From: Hyalangium minutum
GTDB taxonomy: Bacteria > Myxococcota > Myxococcia > Myxococcales > Myxococcaceae
Assembly: GCF_000737315.1 (NCBI RefSeq)
Contig: NZ_JMCB01000007.1
Location: 321,072-385,071, forward strand
DNA: 64,000 bases
Reading direction: 5' to 3'
Shown: piece by piece, positions 62,801 to 64,000 of the stretch
Layout: each line of letters begins with the position of its first letter
Numbering within the stretch: position 1 is the stretch's first letter
Translations under genes and position numbers: made by a program
Notes under the pieces: generated by a model
Database searches by the model: none
Told to the model about the DNA's origin: nothing
What the model saw: the letters and a program-made list of their open reading frames with translations, nothing else

Positions 62801-63823
62801 CGCATCGTCGCGACGGGCACCTACCCCATCACCTACAACGTCACGGACCCTTCCGGGAACGCGGCCACCAGCGTCACCCGCAGCGTCACCGTGAGGGACA
62901 CGCAGGCCCCCGTGGTGACGATTCGCGGCGAGGCCAACATGACGCTGGAGTGCGGCGTGGACGCTTATACCGAGCTGGGCGCCACCGCGTATGACGCGTG
63001 CCAGGGCGACATGACGGTGAACACCTACGGCAGTGGCGCGAACGCCGCCGCCGTGGGCACCTACAGCATCCAGTACGGCGTGTGGGACGCGTCCGGCAAC
63101 ACCACCATGGCGCTGCGCACGGTGAAGGTGGTGGACCGGCTGCCGCCCACGCTCGCGCTGGTGGGCGAGTCCGTCGTGCAGCACGAGTGCGCCAGCGGCC
63201 CCTACACCGATGCGGGCGCCACCGCGTCTGACGCGTGCTACGGCAACCTGACCCGCTCTGTGACCATGACGGGCAGCGTGAATGCCTGGACGCGTGGCTC
63301 CTACACGCTCACCTACAACGTGCAGGACAGCACGCTGCTCAAGGCCACGCCCCTCACCCGCACGGTGCAGGTGGTGGACACCCAGGCGCCGACGATCGAG
63401 TACCGGGACATCACCGTCTCGCCCGCCGATCAGGCGCTGCGCACCTTCTCGCTGGCGGACTGTGTGACGGCCAGCGACGCGTGCGACGGCTATGCCCTCG
63501 CCAACAACGGCATCATCCGCTCCATCTACAGCGACGAGCCCGAGGATGCGCCGGGCAGCAGCGATGGCAGCACCCTGGCGGACATCGTCATCACCAGCCC
63601 GAGCACCTTCCAGGTGCGCGCCGAGCGCCAGAGCGACGGTGACGGCCGCGTGTACGGCGTGGCCTTCGATCTGAAGGACCAGGCGGGCAACGTGCGCTCG
63701 GGCGTGTGCCGGATCCGCGTGCCGGCCAACTCCCTGGGCGTGGCCGCCGACAGCGGCCCGGGGGCGGGCTACACGGTGGTCGCGCCGCCGCCCGCTCCGC
63801 TGGCCAGCCGCACCGCGCCGTAG
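59870..63823 (+). CDS. Large secreted protein: beta-propeller + HYR-like + five DUF5011/Ig-like repeats
   Basis: Signal peptide; GVAVD-type propeller repeats; DxNGNG Ca-loop motifs; PSITC repeats; (A/P)PxLxLxG..xEC repeats. Confidence 0.75.
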   Translation: MRTRAASFAVLSSLLWAWPGLSLAQELTGPAQKTFTTDADFQPGTFNATRAGAPNPDQLRIDTGANVPPYLWVANASAGVVTKVDTRTGLQVARYDSVLTVNWDGSVPAVRPPRDSCNYPAAVAVDAQGNTFVLNRGNCSGTSASITRYAGSLAACVDRNGNGRIDTSFDASGNGAIDLGDPAEFFGQSDECILWTKNFAAAGDPGRALVVDADQHLWAAGFSSSKLYRMNGQTGGVLQVIDLQAETGVASSIQSLAIGPSGYLYTSDNSTQRLIRKIDPRATSGSRVVDTVTSPVPTFGLVVDSTGKAWLGADSDSASGVVRADFTAHTAQLVGGGGGCTGRTHGVAVDAAGDIWAACWASGRLLRVGSDGAYKATWFVGSRPEGVAVAADGKIWTINSGADSLALVNPAVASTVQWYTPGGASFSYGDMTGYHHQRFTARQGTWGAVHDGGAAGATWGMVTWNQEPQGATPVGASITVGVRAADTAGALASQPFAQVVNGQAFAGIRGRYVEVLATLRSVNYSADPVLSDLTLYSGNRAPVASCQDQSVCAAGPACTAEASINHGSTDPDGDSLSLSQLPAGPYAIGQQPVSLTVTDGFDSDSCTASVRVRDCEPPSITCAPPVQAECTGNESAYVSAGGAEATDACSAVDVSGPGLASYPLGSTPVTYTAKDVAGNTAACTTQVQVRDTLPPSITCPAATTVECVAGAASNNGVGTATAVDVCSPVAVQGPGPASFPVGRVSLTWSASDTSGNTASCSTPFTVVDTQAPSLALNGANPMPLECMRDGYSEPGATAVDSCSGNISGAVTIERGTIDSARLGTYPVTYRAADSGGNVATAVRQVVVQDTLAPDLTLNGASSVRLECKVDVYSEPGAIAQDLCSGNLADALSISGEVNTNATGAYPVRYRVQDRNGLVTEKVRDVRVVDTRPPVITLDGSSTPVMECSRDGLLALGATATDLCAGDITNRITISGTDRIVATGTYPITYNVTDPSGNAATSVTRSVTVRDTQAPVVTIRGEANMTLECGVDAYTELGATAYDACQGDMTVNTYGSGANAAAVGTYSIQYGVWDASGNTTMALRTVKVVDRLPPTLALVGESVVQHECASGPYTDAGATASDACYGNLTRSVTMTGSVNAWTRGSYTLTYNVQDSTLLKATPLTRTVQVVDTQAPTIEYRDITVSPADQALRTFSLADCVTASDACDGYALANNGIIRSIYSDEPEDAPGSSDGSTLADIVITSPSTFQVRAERQSDGDGRVYGVAFDLKDQAGNVRSGVCRIRVPANSLGVAADSGPGAGYTVVAPPPAPLASRTAP

Positions 63824-63851
63824 CGCGCGCGCGGCTCACCCTGCTGCAGAC

Positions 63852-63892
63852 AAAAAAAGAGCCCCCGAGTGCCTCGCCGCACTCGGGGGCTC
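63852..63892 (-). terminator. Intrinsic terminator (perfect 14-bp stem) for the minus-strand gene, possibly bidirectional
   Basis: gagcccccgagtgc-ctcgcc-gcactcgggggctc with A7 on the + side. Confidence 0.85.
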
Positions 63893-63911
63893 AAGCTGCG
63901 TCACGGCTGAA

Positions 63912-64000
63912 TCAGTCGCAGTTCACGTCGTTGTAGACGTTGAACGGCTCGCCAGCGGCGACGTTGATGTTGGTAGCGGCCGGGCACTCGGAGGCGAGCA
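63912..64000 (-). CDS. 3' end of an unidentified gene (partial)
   Basis: ...LASECPAATNINVAAGEPFNVYNDVNCD* followed by a terminator. Confidence 0.55.
   Translation of the reverse strand, partial: LASECPAATNINVAAGEPFNVYNDVNCD

Overview
GC-rich myxobacterial (Myxococcaceae/Archangiaceae-like) chromosomal window. Left part: the ether-lipid (elb-like) operon, a SWIB protein, an adenylate cyclase-STAND-TPR protein, a pentapeptide-repeat lipoprotein, treY-glgX-terC-apaG-hemH, large surface lipoproteins, sua5, a GldAFG/DUF4340-type ABC module and a B12 radical SAM enzyme. Centre (35.6-42.0 kb): a shattered type I restriction-modification locus (hsdM 3' end, hsdS 5' stub joined to the hsdR 3' end). 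It is split exactly at the hsdM/hsdS junction by a 5.5-kb, TGAGC-flanked cassette carrying a Ser/Thr kinase, two DUF3396-like immunity paralogs and a lipoprotein with a PD-(D/E)xK-like C-terminus. Right part: a minimal gvpA-like/PAS kinase/response regulator/gvpF-L operon, a stress-enzyme cluster, PLP enzymes, ahpC-ahpD behind a sigma54 promoter and divergent from a NorR-like iron-GAF activator, and a large secreted Ig-repeat protein. No rRNA, tRNA, CRISPR array, integrase or transposase was seen. All family calls come from motifs read by eye; no database search was run.
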